Position numbers and translations under genes: made by a program. From Azolla caroliniana (lineage: Eukaryota > Plantae > Polypodiophyta), in assembly GCA_043228905.1 (NCBI GenBank), contig JBHGNT010000002.1, positions 6,448,001-6,512,000 on the forward strand: a DNA stretch of 64,000 bases. Reading direction: 5' to 3'. The notes under the pieces were generated by a model. The model had not been told where the DNA came from and made no database searches. It saw only the letters and a list, made by a program, of their open reading frames with translations. Below are positions 22,532 to 41,687 of this stretch, one piece after another. The stretch's first letter is position 1. Each line of letters begins with the position of its first letter.

Positions 22532-24262
22532 CAAAAAACAACACAGATATGCAACAACAACAAGAAGGAAGGTAGAAGATAGATACAGGTTAAGCTTCAA
22601 TGGAAGTTCTCCAAGATTATTCATTACAATGTTAGGTTTGAGCTTATCACTCAAGCCCTAACTAGAGAATGTGTTCACATTAAGGATATAAAGTGGAAGG
22701 AGTCGACCTTTTATGCCAACAAACTCCCCCGTAAAAGGGTTACTCTTTTCTATATATACAAAAAATTTGGGGTTATCTTCCCCGTGAACCTAGATTACAA
22801 ATCTAATCTATAGTTACAAGTATACATACAGGACTGTCGGCATTTGCCCGAACTAGTAGGGTAAGGTTGGTGTCTAGCCTAATTCGACTGATCTTTTGGA
22901 TTGTGTGTTGTTTGGGTTGGCATGTCTGAGTCGGTTGGATCGACTTGTTTGGATCAATTTACCTTCGAGTTGGCTTGTTTGCTCGAATCGACGCATGTCT
23001 GATTCCAATTCTCGATCTTTAGTCGATCTACTTCCCACTTGTGCTGGCTCCCAAGCTCCTCATTGGATCTTCGATCTGTCTTTGGCTTTGCTCGCCGGTC
23101 GATCATTTTCTCTCCAGTCAACATCCTCGCTCAGCGCTGCCTCTTCATCCTCTCAATATTTCGACTCTTTGGATTTTGCCTTCGTGGTTCGTCTGACCAA
23201 GTCGGTCTTCATCTGAATCCCTTCTATTGTTGCTCGTTTAGCTTCTTTCTGCTCAGTTGCTTGTCATAGTCCCATATTGTCCTCAGTGTTCTGAGGCGTT
23301 GATCGAGGAATGGCTTCGTCAGGCAATCGGCGATATTCACCTTGATGTCGATCTTCCGAACTTCGAGCTTCTTCTCTATTACGAGTTCTCAAATATGATG
23401 AAACCGTACCTCAATGTGTTTCGTCTTAGCATGATAGACTAAATTTCGAATGAGGTGTATTGCGCTTTGAGAGTCGCAATAGATGGTCGGCGTTGGATGG
23501 TTGATTCGTCTTGTCGCCAAGAAGTCAACTAACAGTCGGTGTAACAATATGGCTTCCTTCGCTACCTCCGATGCTGCTATGTACTTAGCCTCTGTGGTAG
23601 ACAGTGCCATGCACTCTTGAAACTTTGACCTCCATGATATGGGACTACCACCATAGGTAAAAAGGTATTAAGCTGATGTCGACTTCCAATTACCTGTATT
23701 TCCGGCATAATCAGAGTCGGTATAGCCTTCGACTTCGGTTGGATTGGCCAATCCGAAAGTCAGTTGTGCATCCTTGGTTCCTCTCAGATACCTAAGGATG
23801 TGCTTGATGGCCTCCCAATGTTTCCGTCCTAAGTTCATCATATACCAACTGACGATCTCTACGACATAAGCAAGGTTGGGTCGGGTCTCCACCATTGTGT
23901 ACATGATACTTCCTACGACCGATGCATAGGGTATTTTTCCATTGAGCTTTCTCCCTGTATTTGTCGAAGGAGAGTCTCTGTCCGATAGTCTGATTGACGT
24001 CGATGCTAGCTTCACATCCTCCATGTTGAAGTGCTTCAACACCTTAAGAATATAAACGGATTGGGATAGTCTTTTTCGTCCGATTTTGCTCGATCCTCGT
24101 GCCCATTATGTGTCAGGCTTGTCTTAGTTCCTTCATCGCAGATTTGTCGTGAAGGCTCTGCCTTAATTCTCCGATCTTTGCTCGATTGCTCCATACAATG
24201 AGCATGTCGTCAACGTATAGGATCAGATAGATCTGGGACTCGTCGGCCAATTGCTGAATATA
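22532..24262 (-). mobile_element. Degenerate Copia remnant (RT C-terminus and RNaseH), boundaries uncertain
   Basis: Minus ORFs IPYASVVGSIMY..YTDSDYAG and ALSTTEAKY..CDSQSAI..TKHIEVRFH; ILYVDD at about 24210. Confidence 0.75.
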
Positions 24263-25385
24263 TGTAAATAATTAGCTAGAGTAATTATGTTATGCGGAAT
24301 AGATTAGAGATTTGTGTTATTTGTGTGTGAAAGAGGAGAGAATAGACACAAGATAGATAGGAAAATAAAAGACTTAAATGTATATTAACAAGGAGTAAGA
24401 AATACAACAAAAAACAACCAAAATACAAAAGAGGGAGAAAGGTGCTTTATATAAAGTCACCCTCTCTCCACATTCTCTCACTGAAGCTCATGTGTCATGG
24501 GGAATGCGGAACCTCATTAGTTATGTGTCATAGAATATGACTCTATGACACATAGTTAATGTTGTAGAGTTAGTGGTGGCCTTTGACCTTTGAGTGCTCA
24601 TACATTCTCAAAGGGTGTGTTCACACATTAGGCTAGGTTGAGTTTGATTCTCAACACGCCCCTTCAAGCTCAATCCTGTCATGACTGCATCAGCTATCAG
24701 GTCGACCATCACTCCCCCTCATGCTCGGCAAGTCGTATGTCTAAAGGCCAAGCTTGGTCGAAAATTGTCGAAGTTTGTCGGTCCCCAAAGCTTTCGTGAA
24801 GATGTCGATTGTTTGAAGATTGGTGTTGATGTGCTGAAGGTCAACATCCCTTGTAAGGACACGTTCTCGGATGAAGTGATAGTGCACGTCAATGTGCTTT
24901 GTTCAAGCATGGAAGATAGGGTTTCAAGCAAGATGGATACTGTTGAGATTGTCGTAACAAAGCAAGACTGGATCGTTGTTGGAGACGTCCAAATCCTTAA
25001 GTATCCTCTTGAGCCATATGGCTTAACATGCAGCTACAACAACGCCCCTGTATTCGATCTCTATGCGCGAAAGTGCGACGGTTGGCTACTTCTTGCTACT
25101 CCAAGAGATGGCTCCACTTCCGAGAGAGAAGATGAATCTTGAGGTCAATCATCGGTCGGCTCTGTAGCCTGCCCAATCAGCATTTGTATATCCTTCGAGT
25201 CGAATTGGTGTGGTTGACTTATAGAGAATTTTGTAGTCCATCCACTCATGTATCATAACACTCCCTTAGCACAATCTAAATGAATATCTCGTGGAGTTTG
25301 CATGAATTGGCTAAGGAGCCCGACCGGATAGCTGAGGTCGGGTCGAGTGACCGTGAGATAGATGAGGCTTCCAATCAATTGTCGA
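24263..25385 (-). mobile_element. Truncated Copia: RNaseH remnant, PPT and 3' LTR (24263-24656), same family as element E
   Basis: Minus TGTTGAGAATCAAACTCAAC...TTTACA is homologous to 47439-47833; PPT TTGAAGGGGCG adjacent; RNaseH motifs (TKHIDVHYHF, DIFTKAL) on the minus strand. Confidence 0.82.
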
Positions 25386-26648
25386 CAAATGTTTTATTAA
25401 TACAAGTTTTTACCTTTGGTATATTGTCTGGTATATTGTCACTTACACATAATACAAACACCTATTCTAATTAAATTGCTTCATTGCATAGAACTATATT
25501 CTCTACTTCCTTAAAATCCACATAACTATGAGCTATCTAATGTTTCCATGGCATGTTGTGGGTGCCAATATCTTTATGCATATAAATTGCTCAAAAAAGA
25601 TTGGCATAATCTGTGTAACAGAAATCTCTCTAATTAAGAAATGTAAATGCAATCAACATAAAGAGACCATTCATGTAGGTCAACCTAATATTGAAATATC
25701 GTGGATGTGATATTTGAGGAAGATTGATAGCCCTTGGCAATCAGGAAAGTGTTGAGCTCATTTGGGGTTGGATGGTGGCTAGATGAAATGCTAGGTTGTT
25801 AGGGGTGTAACCATAATTTATGTAGTGGTAGTTTGTACCGTAGGATTAAAGTTTGAAGGTTAAATGCGAGTTTATATAAGGGAAGGTTACCTTTATTCCT
25901 AGGGATTGAAACAACCCTAAAGGGCCAAGTGTGAGCTTGCATAAGGGCCTTATGTCTAGTTATAAATATGAGGTCTAGCTATCCTCATTGGACACATTAT
26001 TCGATAATGTTGAGACTATGATCTTGTGGTGAGTGTGCACAAATACCGACGTCATGACCTTCTTTCTCGCTCTCTTTCTCTTGACCATCTTATCTATTTT
26101 CCTTGTTTTATGCTTACATTATAAATAATCTCTAACATGGGTGGTGGAAGCTAGAGAGGATTGGTGATTAATCAAGCGGACACGGATCATCGTTCATTTT
26201 CTATGGATAAAAAGTGGAATCGAAAAATCAAGAAAAAGCCAATGGAACTTATACTACTGCAAGATCTAAGACAAAAACTACCAAATCATTCATGGGATCA
26301 ATTTCTCGCATCATCTCCAAGAAAAGGGAATCGGTTTCATTGTGACACTAAAGAAACCGAAACCACCTCCAGACATTTCCAATTCCAAGCTTTACCGACA
26401 CATGCGCAGATTCTATAATTCTGTAAAACACATAGGGGTATGCATGGGAAATATCCAAAATATTTGGCTCTCTCCCCTTTCCCCCACTTTGCTGTAGTAG
26501 TAGCACATGAAGAAGAGAGGCCTATCTGTGTAATTAACAAAAACCCAGAAAACAGAGTGAGGCTTTGTCCTTCTGTTGTATGTATATCTCAGAAGAATGC
26601 CTTGCCATCTCTTCTTCTAGTAAGTCGCCTTCTTCAGTATCGTGTAAG

Positions 26649-33122
<6,474 letters not shown>

Positions 33123-34674
33123 TTGGAATTGGTGTGTATATTTACTTCTCAATTACAATAATAGTTGACTGAATACATCTTATTATGTAGTTACTTAGCA
33201 TTGCTTGTCAAATGCATTGGAACTTTGACGTGTGGGCTGTCTTTCAATGTTTGGGTAGCTGTTTCATTCATTATGTAGTGACAAAAGATTCCCATTTTGG
33301 AGGGATTAAATATTGAATACTTCAAAAAATCTAAGATCAATCAAGGATATTAAAGAGCAAACGTTAGGTAGCCAAGGAGATCTTTACAATGAAAACAGGA
33401 AAGGGACCATAGAGCACAAGGAATTATACTCTTACATTCTAGCAGCGATATAAAACCAGGAAGCCATTGTCATGGGTCTTTTATTGAGAAGAAAACTACG
33501 TTAATTATGCTATAGAATGTAGGTGATGAATAGAACCGAGGAAAATCTGCAAGTTTCCAATGTGCAAAATTGTGATTCTCTTCTTAAACACCAGCATCAA
33601 CCCTATCTATAAAGTAATACTAATCATTATATGCAAATTTGAGTAAATGTAGAAAATATTTTGTAAACAAATCAAGAAAATTAGAAGGGATCAGGCTCCT
33701 TTTGCAAGAAATGAACACAACACACACAAGATGTACATTTAAGGGAATGGGCTGTTAAAAGATAATGTGTAAATAATAGCGTAATTTGGGGAGCTCCATA
33801 TCCCCCTCATAAACTGATTACCACACTAACTTATGTGGTGAGCTTGGCATAGCTATGAAGTGTGCATTAAACTCTATCTTGAAGACATACAAGAACAAAA
33901 TTTATTCATTCCATTGTTTTAATCATTGACATTGTTTTTGCTGGTTTTTTTATTTCACCTTCACTAGATAATGTGAACAGATTTGTTTTTTCGGTGAGAG
34001 GTTGCAACAAAGTCAGTAACCGACTTTTTTAGTCTTTTGGAAAATGCGATCTAGTGATGATGCTGTCGACAATTCTTCCCTTATAATGTTGTCAAATGGT
34101 GTGGAACCTTGGATAGCATCAACACTGGTCTGTCTGTGAATTAGCACTGGTGGTGTTGATAATTGTGCGAAGTTGTAGATTTGGTTGAGAATTCACACTG
34201 ACTGTAGGTGTGAGAAACACAATTGTACTAATATTATTGTGCAAGAAAGTTATTGATTACTTGGATGTGTGCCATATGTGACTTGTTTTTGCACTAGAAT
34301 ATATTTACCATCCATGGTATGTATGTTCATGTGTATATTTTTCATAAATAAATAAAGTACTCTTTAATGATGTGTCAATATTATTGTCTGGAATATGAGA
34401 AACCTTTCATTCTTAAGCAAAGCTATATATTGTATTTCTTATGAAAGAGTGTCAAAAATCTTTACCAGTTTAATAAAAGCAATCATCTTCCGTAAAATTG
34501 ATTTTGATTGCACACCCATTCACACCATGTTGAACCCCACATTTTACTGTACCTTCTGTATATATGCAAAATTGTATGTATGGAATGCTTAAGTTAAATG
34601 ATATGCTTAAGTTCAATCTTATCCAGAGAAATTTTCTATGTGAATGCTTATGCAATCAGTATTCAATTGGAAAC

Positions 34675-34984
34675 CTGATTCTATTAGTCCATATTCCTCA
34701 TTCCAAAATGTGAAAAAGATTCCTGTTCAAATTTGAGAGCCATGCATAATTTCAAGATGCATTAGCATATCTGCAAGTTATGGTCAATTTTGTAATGAAG
34801 TACAGTTTCTTTTATCTTACTGGAAAGTGCTGATTCTATTAGTACATATTCCTCATTCCAAAACGTGAAAAAGATTCCTGTCGTTCAAATTTGAGAGATA
34901 TGAATAATTTCAAGATGCATTAGCATAACTGCAAGTTATGGTCAAATCTATAATGAAGTACAGTTTCTTTTATCTTACTGGAAA
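34675..34984. repeat. Tandem duplication, 2 x about 155 bp, between the convergent genes
   Basis: CTGATTCTATTAGT...CTTACTGGAAA starts at 34675 and again at 34830 with few differences. Confidence 0.9.
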
Positions 34985-35334
34985 CCGTAAGAAGCATTTG
35001 TATCAGATCCTACAATGTTGCAAGCCACTAGACAAGATTTTCAATGATTAGGGTCCTCATAAGCGTCTTAGAGCCCCATCATTGGTTGAGGACACCATGA
35101 CAATTCAAATTCTTAAAAATATAACACATGAGAAATAATCCAGGGAGTACTTTTTCGGCTGGCTTTAAATGTTTCAAAAATATTCCGCAGGACAATACAA
35201 GAGAATTACTGAAGTACAATAGCTAACATTGAAAACTGCTTTGTTTGCTTCATTAATTAATTTATCTTGGGTGGGACTAAAAATTATAAGGAAAGCACAA
35301 AATAGAGAGAAACGAAGAAAAAAAGAATTGGTGT

Positions 35335-36886
35335 TTACTTCTTTTTGCCTGCTTTACCCTCCTTTCTACGAATAACCTCATCAGCATATTTGATTCCCTT
35401 ACCCTTATAAGGCTCAGGAGGACGCCATTTCCTTACAGAGGCTGAGAAATCACCAATGGCACATTTGTCTCTTCCATTAATTGTAAGTTTTGTGTTCTCT
35501 TCCACTTTAACTGAAATACCTTCCGGAATCTGGATTCGTACTTGATGTGAAAAACCTAAGTTCATTACTAGTTCATTTTTCTCGATGGTGGCACGGTAAC
35601 CTACCCCAATTAATTGTAGCTTCTTTTCAAATCCCTTGGATACTCCCACGAGCATATTGTCGGTTAATGTTCTGTTATACAGAAACAACGAAACACAAAA
35701 AAGCTGAGCACTACGAGAATCTTCTCTACATTTGTTTTTGCTAATATTACAAAAAGATGAATGCCATCCCACACGAGTTACATTAATATGTGTCTTTTCA
35801 AAGGTATATTAAGCTTTGATCAAGTGTGTCAAAAGTTATAGGCACATTTACATGTGGGTTACATTTTTCCATTGTTTCTTTCCTCCATTTCTAACATAAA
35901 GGATGTGCATTTACTACTTCAGTATAGCTATGTTCTTGACACTGTCCGTAGACTTACACTCCATTTGTTAATCAAGATGATATTTCAACGACTATTTTAT
36001 TGAACCCAAAAGGATACTGAGAAAATGAAGAAATAGTGTAAAAGACCTCCAGTTACCATCTACTTGTTAATCAAAATAGCTTTGATTAGCTAATTTACCT
36101 TGTTTCCAATCCAAAAATACTAAAAAACACCTTAAACTTCACATCTAATTTATAATCATGATGATATTTTGTATCTGACCAGGAAATACTGACAATGGTG
36201 CAAAACCTGAATTTAGCATATATTTGTTAATCTACGTTGGTTTTCGATTGGTTATTTTATTGGGTTCCAATCCCAAAACACACAAAAACACCAAAAAAGA
36301 GTGTGAAAAACCTGAATTTTATGTTACTCGTACTCAACATGACCTTACACTTAGCTACATTTTACATATTTCTGATCTGAAAACATGCACCCAACAAGAC
36401 CTCGACTTAATTTGTGACAAAATAGTTTATTGAAGAAAAATTGACTTTACATTGTTTCCGACCGCACAACACTGAAAAAAGAAGACATTTTATATATGCA
36501 TAGGAAGTGGAAAGAACAGAAATGAACAATCCATACCTGAAGAGACCATGCATTTGTTGAGCTTTTCTAGTATCCATAGCTCTCGATACGGTAATTATTC
36601 CAGAGGGATCATATTGAAGCTTAATCTCACGAGGATAGTTTTGCGTTAGTTCACCAAGAGGACCTTTCACATGGAGTGTCTGGTTTTCCAAAGAGGCAGT
36701 TACCCCTTTAGGAACAGGCACGGGTTTCTTGCCAATCCTAGACTCTTTGCATTCTATTCTTGTTATAGAAAACCCTGGATTTGGACTAGCCATAGAATCT
36801 GTTCTGGGGGTGGTGTTGATCCTCTCGCCATTAAAGCTGGTTCTTAACCCTGAAGATGGAAGAACAGAGATAGACGCCATAGCCAT
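35335..36886 (-). CDS. RPL6: Nuclear-encoded plastid 50S ribosomal protein L6 (uL6c), 2 exons, 228 aa with transit peptide
   Basis: Exons 36886-36537 and 35671-35335 (phase-2 GT-AG intron); Ser/Thr-rich N-terminus, ECKESRIGKKP, KGPLGEL, HGLFR|TL, GVGYRA, RPPEPYKGKGI. Confidence 0.96.
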
Positions 36887-39800
36887 TGGCTGGATAAGGT
36901 TTTTCTTTCAGTCGAGCAGATTCATAAGAGGAAGAAATCGCCCAAAGCAAAGCCTGCCTTTGAGGATTTCTTGTAATTCCCCAAATGCCCCTCCCCTGCC
37001 TTTGAGATTTTCTTTTAATTCCCAAATGCCCCTGCCTATCCAAATCCCCCCCCTCTTCACTTCTCTTTATTTCTGACACGCATGCCCCCGGCAACGATCG
37101 AACCCTCGAGGCTTTCGGTTTGTATCTTTCGGCTCCCTCTCTCCCTTGTATTTGAAAAATAGCTTTTTCAGGCCCAAATTTGGAACTCTCTACTCCATTA
37201 GTTCTGACACACGCCATTGTTCTCTCTTGTTACATCATTCCCATTCACCATGGATCTCTGTGCTATTTGAGTAATACCTTTCTCCATCAACCCCCACCCC
37301 TGCTATAACTTTATGTGTTATTTGAGTAATACCCTTCTCCACAATGGCATGCGCTCTTTCAATAGTTGTGCACTGTTCGGGTTCGTCTCTTTTTCCTTTC
37401 CTTTGTAGAGGGCCAATCAAGCAAATCTAGGGAAAAATTGAATGTGGAGGGGCATTTTGGGGAAATGAAGGAAAATTCGGGTGTATTTATTTTTGGAGTT
37501 TCACCCTCCTAGAATTTAGTATTTGATCTTGATCCTTATATTTACTTGGAATTGTTGAGAGGGAAAGGTTGTCGTCCCTGACTAGGCCTCATAGTTGTAC
37601 AATGTACCGATGATTTGCTTTTTCAATATATTTTTGTTGTCTCTTTGCTCCGTTTTATGTGTTTATTATCTAACTATTCAACTTTCTTTCTTTCTATTAT
37701 CCCAAAAATAAATGAGGTTACTTTCACTTTGTGTTTGGATGGAAATCTACACAAAACATTTTGTCAAATGGAAATCTAGCATGATCCAAGTTTGCTCAAT
37801 TATTGTTTAGATCAAGCTCAAAGTTTGGATTGACAATAACCTAGGTTTAGACTGGTACTTGTTGGGCCTACACAATGTTAAGGGGGGTGGCAATATAGAT
37901 AAGTTAGTTACAAAAGACATAGCATTGTTAATGGACTACAACATAGTTGATATATAGGAAATAAATCAGCTAGTGACAAACACAACTTGAGCAACCTCCC
38001 CTAATGGAACCCTCAAGAATTTCAACAAGTAAGAAGCGAAAGAGGTCATAGTTTTAAAGAGGACAATATGAACATCAACCAATAATTGTGAAGGAATCAC
38101 ATCCTTCTTCTCAAGCTCACTCTTTTTGAATGTTAGCATTAGAGGAAGAGATAATGTCAAAACATCTAAGTGATAAAGGATTTGTAGAGGTATTAATCTT
38201 GGGCGGTCACATTTGAATAATTCATGCAATTATAACTTACATAATATACACATGTAATGCATAAAATTGGACCTCTTTTGGATTGATCTCAAAAAAATGA
38301 TAAACAACACCAATCATATTTGCCATATTAACTCTTTTTTTTTTCCGTATTAGCTTACTCTAACGGTAAGTTACCACTAGTCTCCAACGAAGAACCTTAC
38401 CAACTAAGTTACAACCATTTGGGAAAATAGGGGCATGTGAACTATGGGACTATTTTTTCATATTTTACGACTACGTTTCTACAATTTCCATGGATAGCCA
38501 TGGAATGTAGGATTTGGCATAGAGGAGTTGACCAATCACTCAAATATCATACTTCTTGTCCTAATAAAAATATGAGATGAGACATATGTGGTCCAAAGCC
38601 CATTGTATGCATTAACCTATAAACATATGACCAATTAACATGATCATAAGCCCTCTCCAAATCTAACCACATGATAATCAAATCTTGATGAGTGTGTCAT
38701 GCACAATCCATGGCCATTTCAACATTCAACACATTATGCAATACAATGAAACAATATTTGGCTAGATGTATCAAATTTGGCAAATATATTCATAATCTAT
38801 TTGCCAAGTTCTTTGTAAATATCTTAATATATAATTCCCTCGTCAATGGTGAAATCACTTACCACATTTGGAACTAATTTAATGAAGCCAACCCTCCAAA
38901 CATTAGGCTTGCAATTAGAATCCCAACAACATTGACACATCAAAGTTAAGGAACCCTTTAAAAAAATGGAATATTGCTTAAAAAATTTATTTTTGACATC
39001 ATCCCAACAAGGGCTTTTACCACTAGGACAATGAAATTGTTTCCACCTCCTCCTTTGTGAGATCTACATCTAATTCATAACTAAGGGTGTCATGCACAAT
39101 ACATCCCATCCCATCATAAATTTCATGGCGGCCCAAGCAACGCCTTAAAGTAGTGAACACATATTGCAAATATTGTAGTCGGATCTACAATAAATTTATT
39201 CCCTAGCTTCATATGTACCACATTAGCTCGAGCATAGGCATGATGTATACTCCTTTAGAGCAATCGACTTCGTGAAACTAGACAAAGCATGTTCCATTGT
39301 TGCATATACCACATTCTTAAGGTTTCTAAATTGTCGTTGCCAAGGGGCTTTTTACGGCCCCTCGGTTGCCAAATAATATCATGAATAATGGGCAAACTAT
39401 CCTGTTTCCTACCTTGAATCGTCTTTTCCATGATAACAATCTTTATCAACAATAACTTTGATACTAGGCCTTTCAATTTACGCATACGCTTCCGCACACG
39501 TATTCTTTTACACCAACACTTTACTAATTTGTCTCATCAACTCTCATAAAAGGGGCCATAAAAATGTATCCTTAAAATCCATTGTCACCCAAATGGGGCA
39601 CTCTTGTTTCAACAAAAAGTGATAGTCTAGTGTGGGAGACCTTTGCATTACATGCACCAATCATTTATCAAAGAGCATGATAACTTCATTTAACTATGCA
39701 CTTCAATTTCAAGGGAAAGGATTATGACATCATAAAACCCATGTGGTCCTACGTATATATTCTAGAATCTAAATAACTAGTGATATGACTTTTGTTCAAC

Positions 39801-40309
39801 CATTGTTTAATCTAATTTACGAATGAAAGTTTCCCAGTTAAAAAAATATAAGGACATGATTTTAGAATACATCAAATTATTGCAAAACTGCCTTATGATG
39901 AACTACCACATCATGCACATCCTCATTGATGTAAGCTTTTTCTTCATTTTCATTTTCCTCCACAATATTTGACAACAAGGTATTAGCAATCCGCCATAAA
40001 TGATCCCAATTATTGACCCTCATCTACATGTAGCCTTAACATATGTGTGTACGTCAGTGTCAGTGTATAAACAAACAAAAGTGTGTGTGTGTGTATCAAT
40101 CTTTGTCTATCTCTATCACTGTCTCTTTTTATCTCAAAAAGCGTTTGAAAATCTCCAAAAGAATTTTCTAAGAAAGTTTCTCCAAGTTGAGAAGCAAACA
40201 TGGCTATGGATATGGTTGTTGAATACATGTTTAAGGTTAAAAAAATTGTCTCACCTTGACTACTTACAATTGCACGGGAATTAAGCAAAAAGATACAAAA
40301 GACATATAA

Positions 40310-40630
40310 AAGCAAAAATTTGTGTTTCGATTGGATGAAAAGTGTTACGAGCATAACCATAATCTTAGTTATGGGCTAATTTGTAAGAATGGAGGGTGAG
40401 GATTGAGTTATCTTAATCCTATGATGGGAGATAACTTTAAAGTGTTTCATCACTTGGCTACTTTCTATTATTTAAGCAAAAATTTGTGTTTTGGTTGAAT
40501 GAAAATGTTACAAGCATAACTGTAATTTTAGTCGTGGGCTAATTTGTAAGGATGAAGGGTGATGATTGAGTTGCCTTAATCCTACGTTGGGAGATAACTT
40601 TCAAGTGTTTCATCACTTGGCTACTTTTTA
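40310..40630. repeat. Tandem duplication 2 x about 164 bp in the putative LTR of F
   Basis: AAGCAAAAATTTGTGTT...CACTTGGCTACTTT starts at 40310 and 40474. Confidence 0.85.
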
Positions 40631-40777
40631 TAAATAAAGAAACCAAGGAACATACAAGGGCCTAGGGTTTGAGCCTATATAAGAAGGCTAGCTCCTTCAT
40701 GAGGGGGTATCTCATGTTAATACAGTTTTCTTGATTTTCTGTAAACCTTGTGTTTTCTCTCTCTCTCTCTCTCTCTC

Positions 40778-40827
<50 letters not shown>

Positions 40828-41687
40828 TCACTGCATAGAATCACACCCGATTCTTTACATGGTATCAAAGTGTTTGGTAGCTTGATCTAAGCCCATCCGT
40901 GTGTGTTGTGCCTAAGCCCACGTTAACGAAGAACCGGTCAATCGTTAAGGCAACAACATGCACAGTTCGTATCACAGAGAAGAAGAAGAGAACTCGATCC
41001 AAACAAGTCATTTAACATGAATACTCAGATGGGAAGTGCTCTTCTGACCAAGAAACTTGACCAAAACAACTTCGCATATTGGGAGTACAAGATGCACCAA
41101 TACCTTGTCGGCCAAGGCTATTGGAGTTACATTGAAGGAGCTCAGGAAAATCAACCCAATCGACACATGTCGACCACCTAGCTTGGGAGCAAGTGGCGAG
41201 GCGAGTGATGTACTGCCTTGCATCATGCGTTCATGATCACATGCTTGGCTACATCCAAGAGGCCAAAACGCCAAAAGAGGCGTGGGGAAACCTCAAAAAG
41301 ATATTCGCTACCAACACAACCACATGAAAACTTCAACTGCGGCAAGAGTAGAACAACATCCAACAAAGGTACATGTCTATCGGCAACTACACCTTGAAGA
41401 TCAAGGAGTTGTGCGACTCACTCGAGTCGATCAACGTCAACATTGACGATGATGAAATGGTTCAGATATGCCTTGGCAACTTAGCACCATGGTTCGGCTC
41501 ACTAAGGTCGGTTGTCCTAGCAAGGGAGAATCCTCCCTCCTTCGATCTCTAGTTGATGTTACTAGTAAAAGAAAATCACATTCAAACAAGAGGCAATGAA
41601 TCAAATGGACAAATGCTCTATACAAGTTCCGACAAAGGAAGAGGACAAGGCCATGGAAGAAGGGGCCAATTGGGCCAAGGTCGAAAC

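Noticed and set aside
25750-26137. Possible solo LTR (TGTTGAG...CTAACA, internal TATAAAT) upstream of METTL5
   Set aside because: Flanks GAAAG and TGGGT do not form a TSD, and there is no second copy in the window.
38300-39700. Possible transposase-like remnant upstream of RPL6
   Set aside because: Only short ORFs; no motif I can identify.
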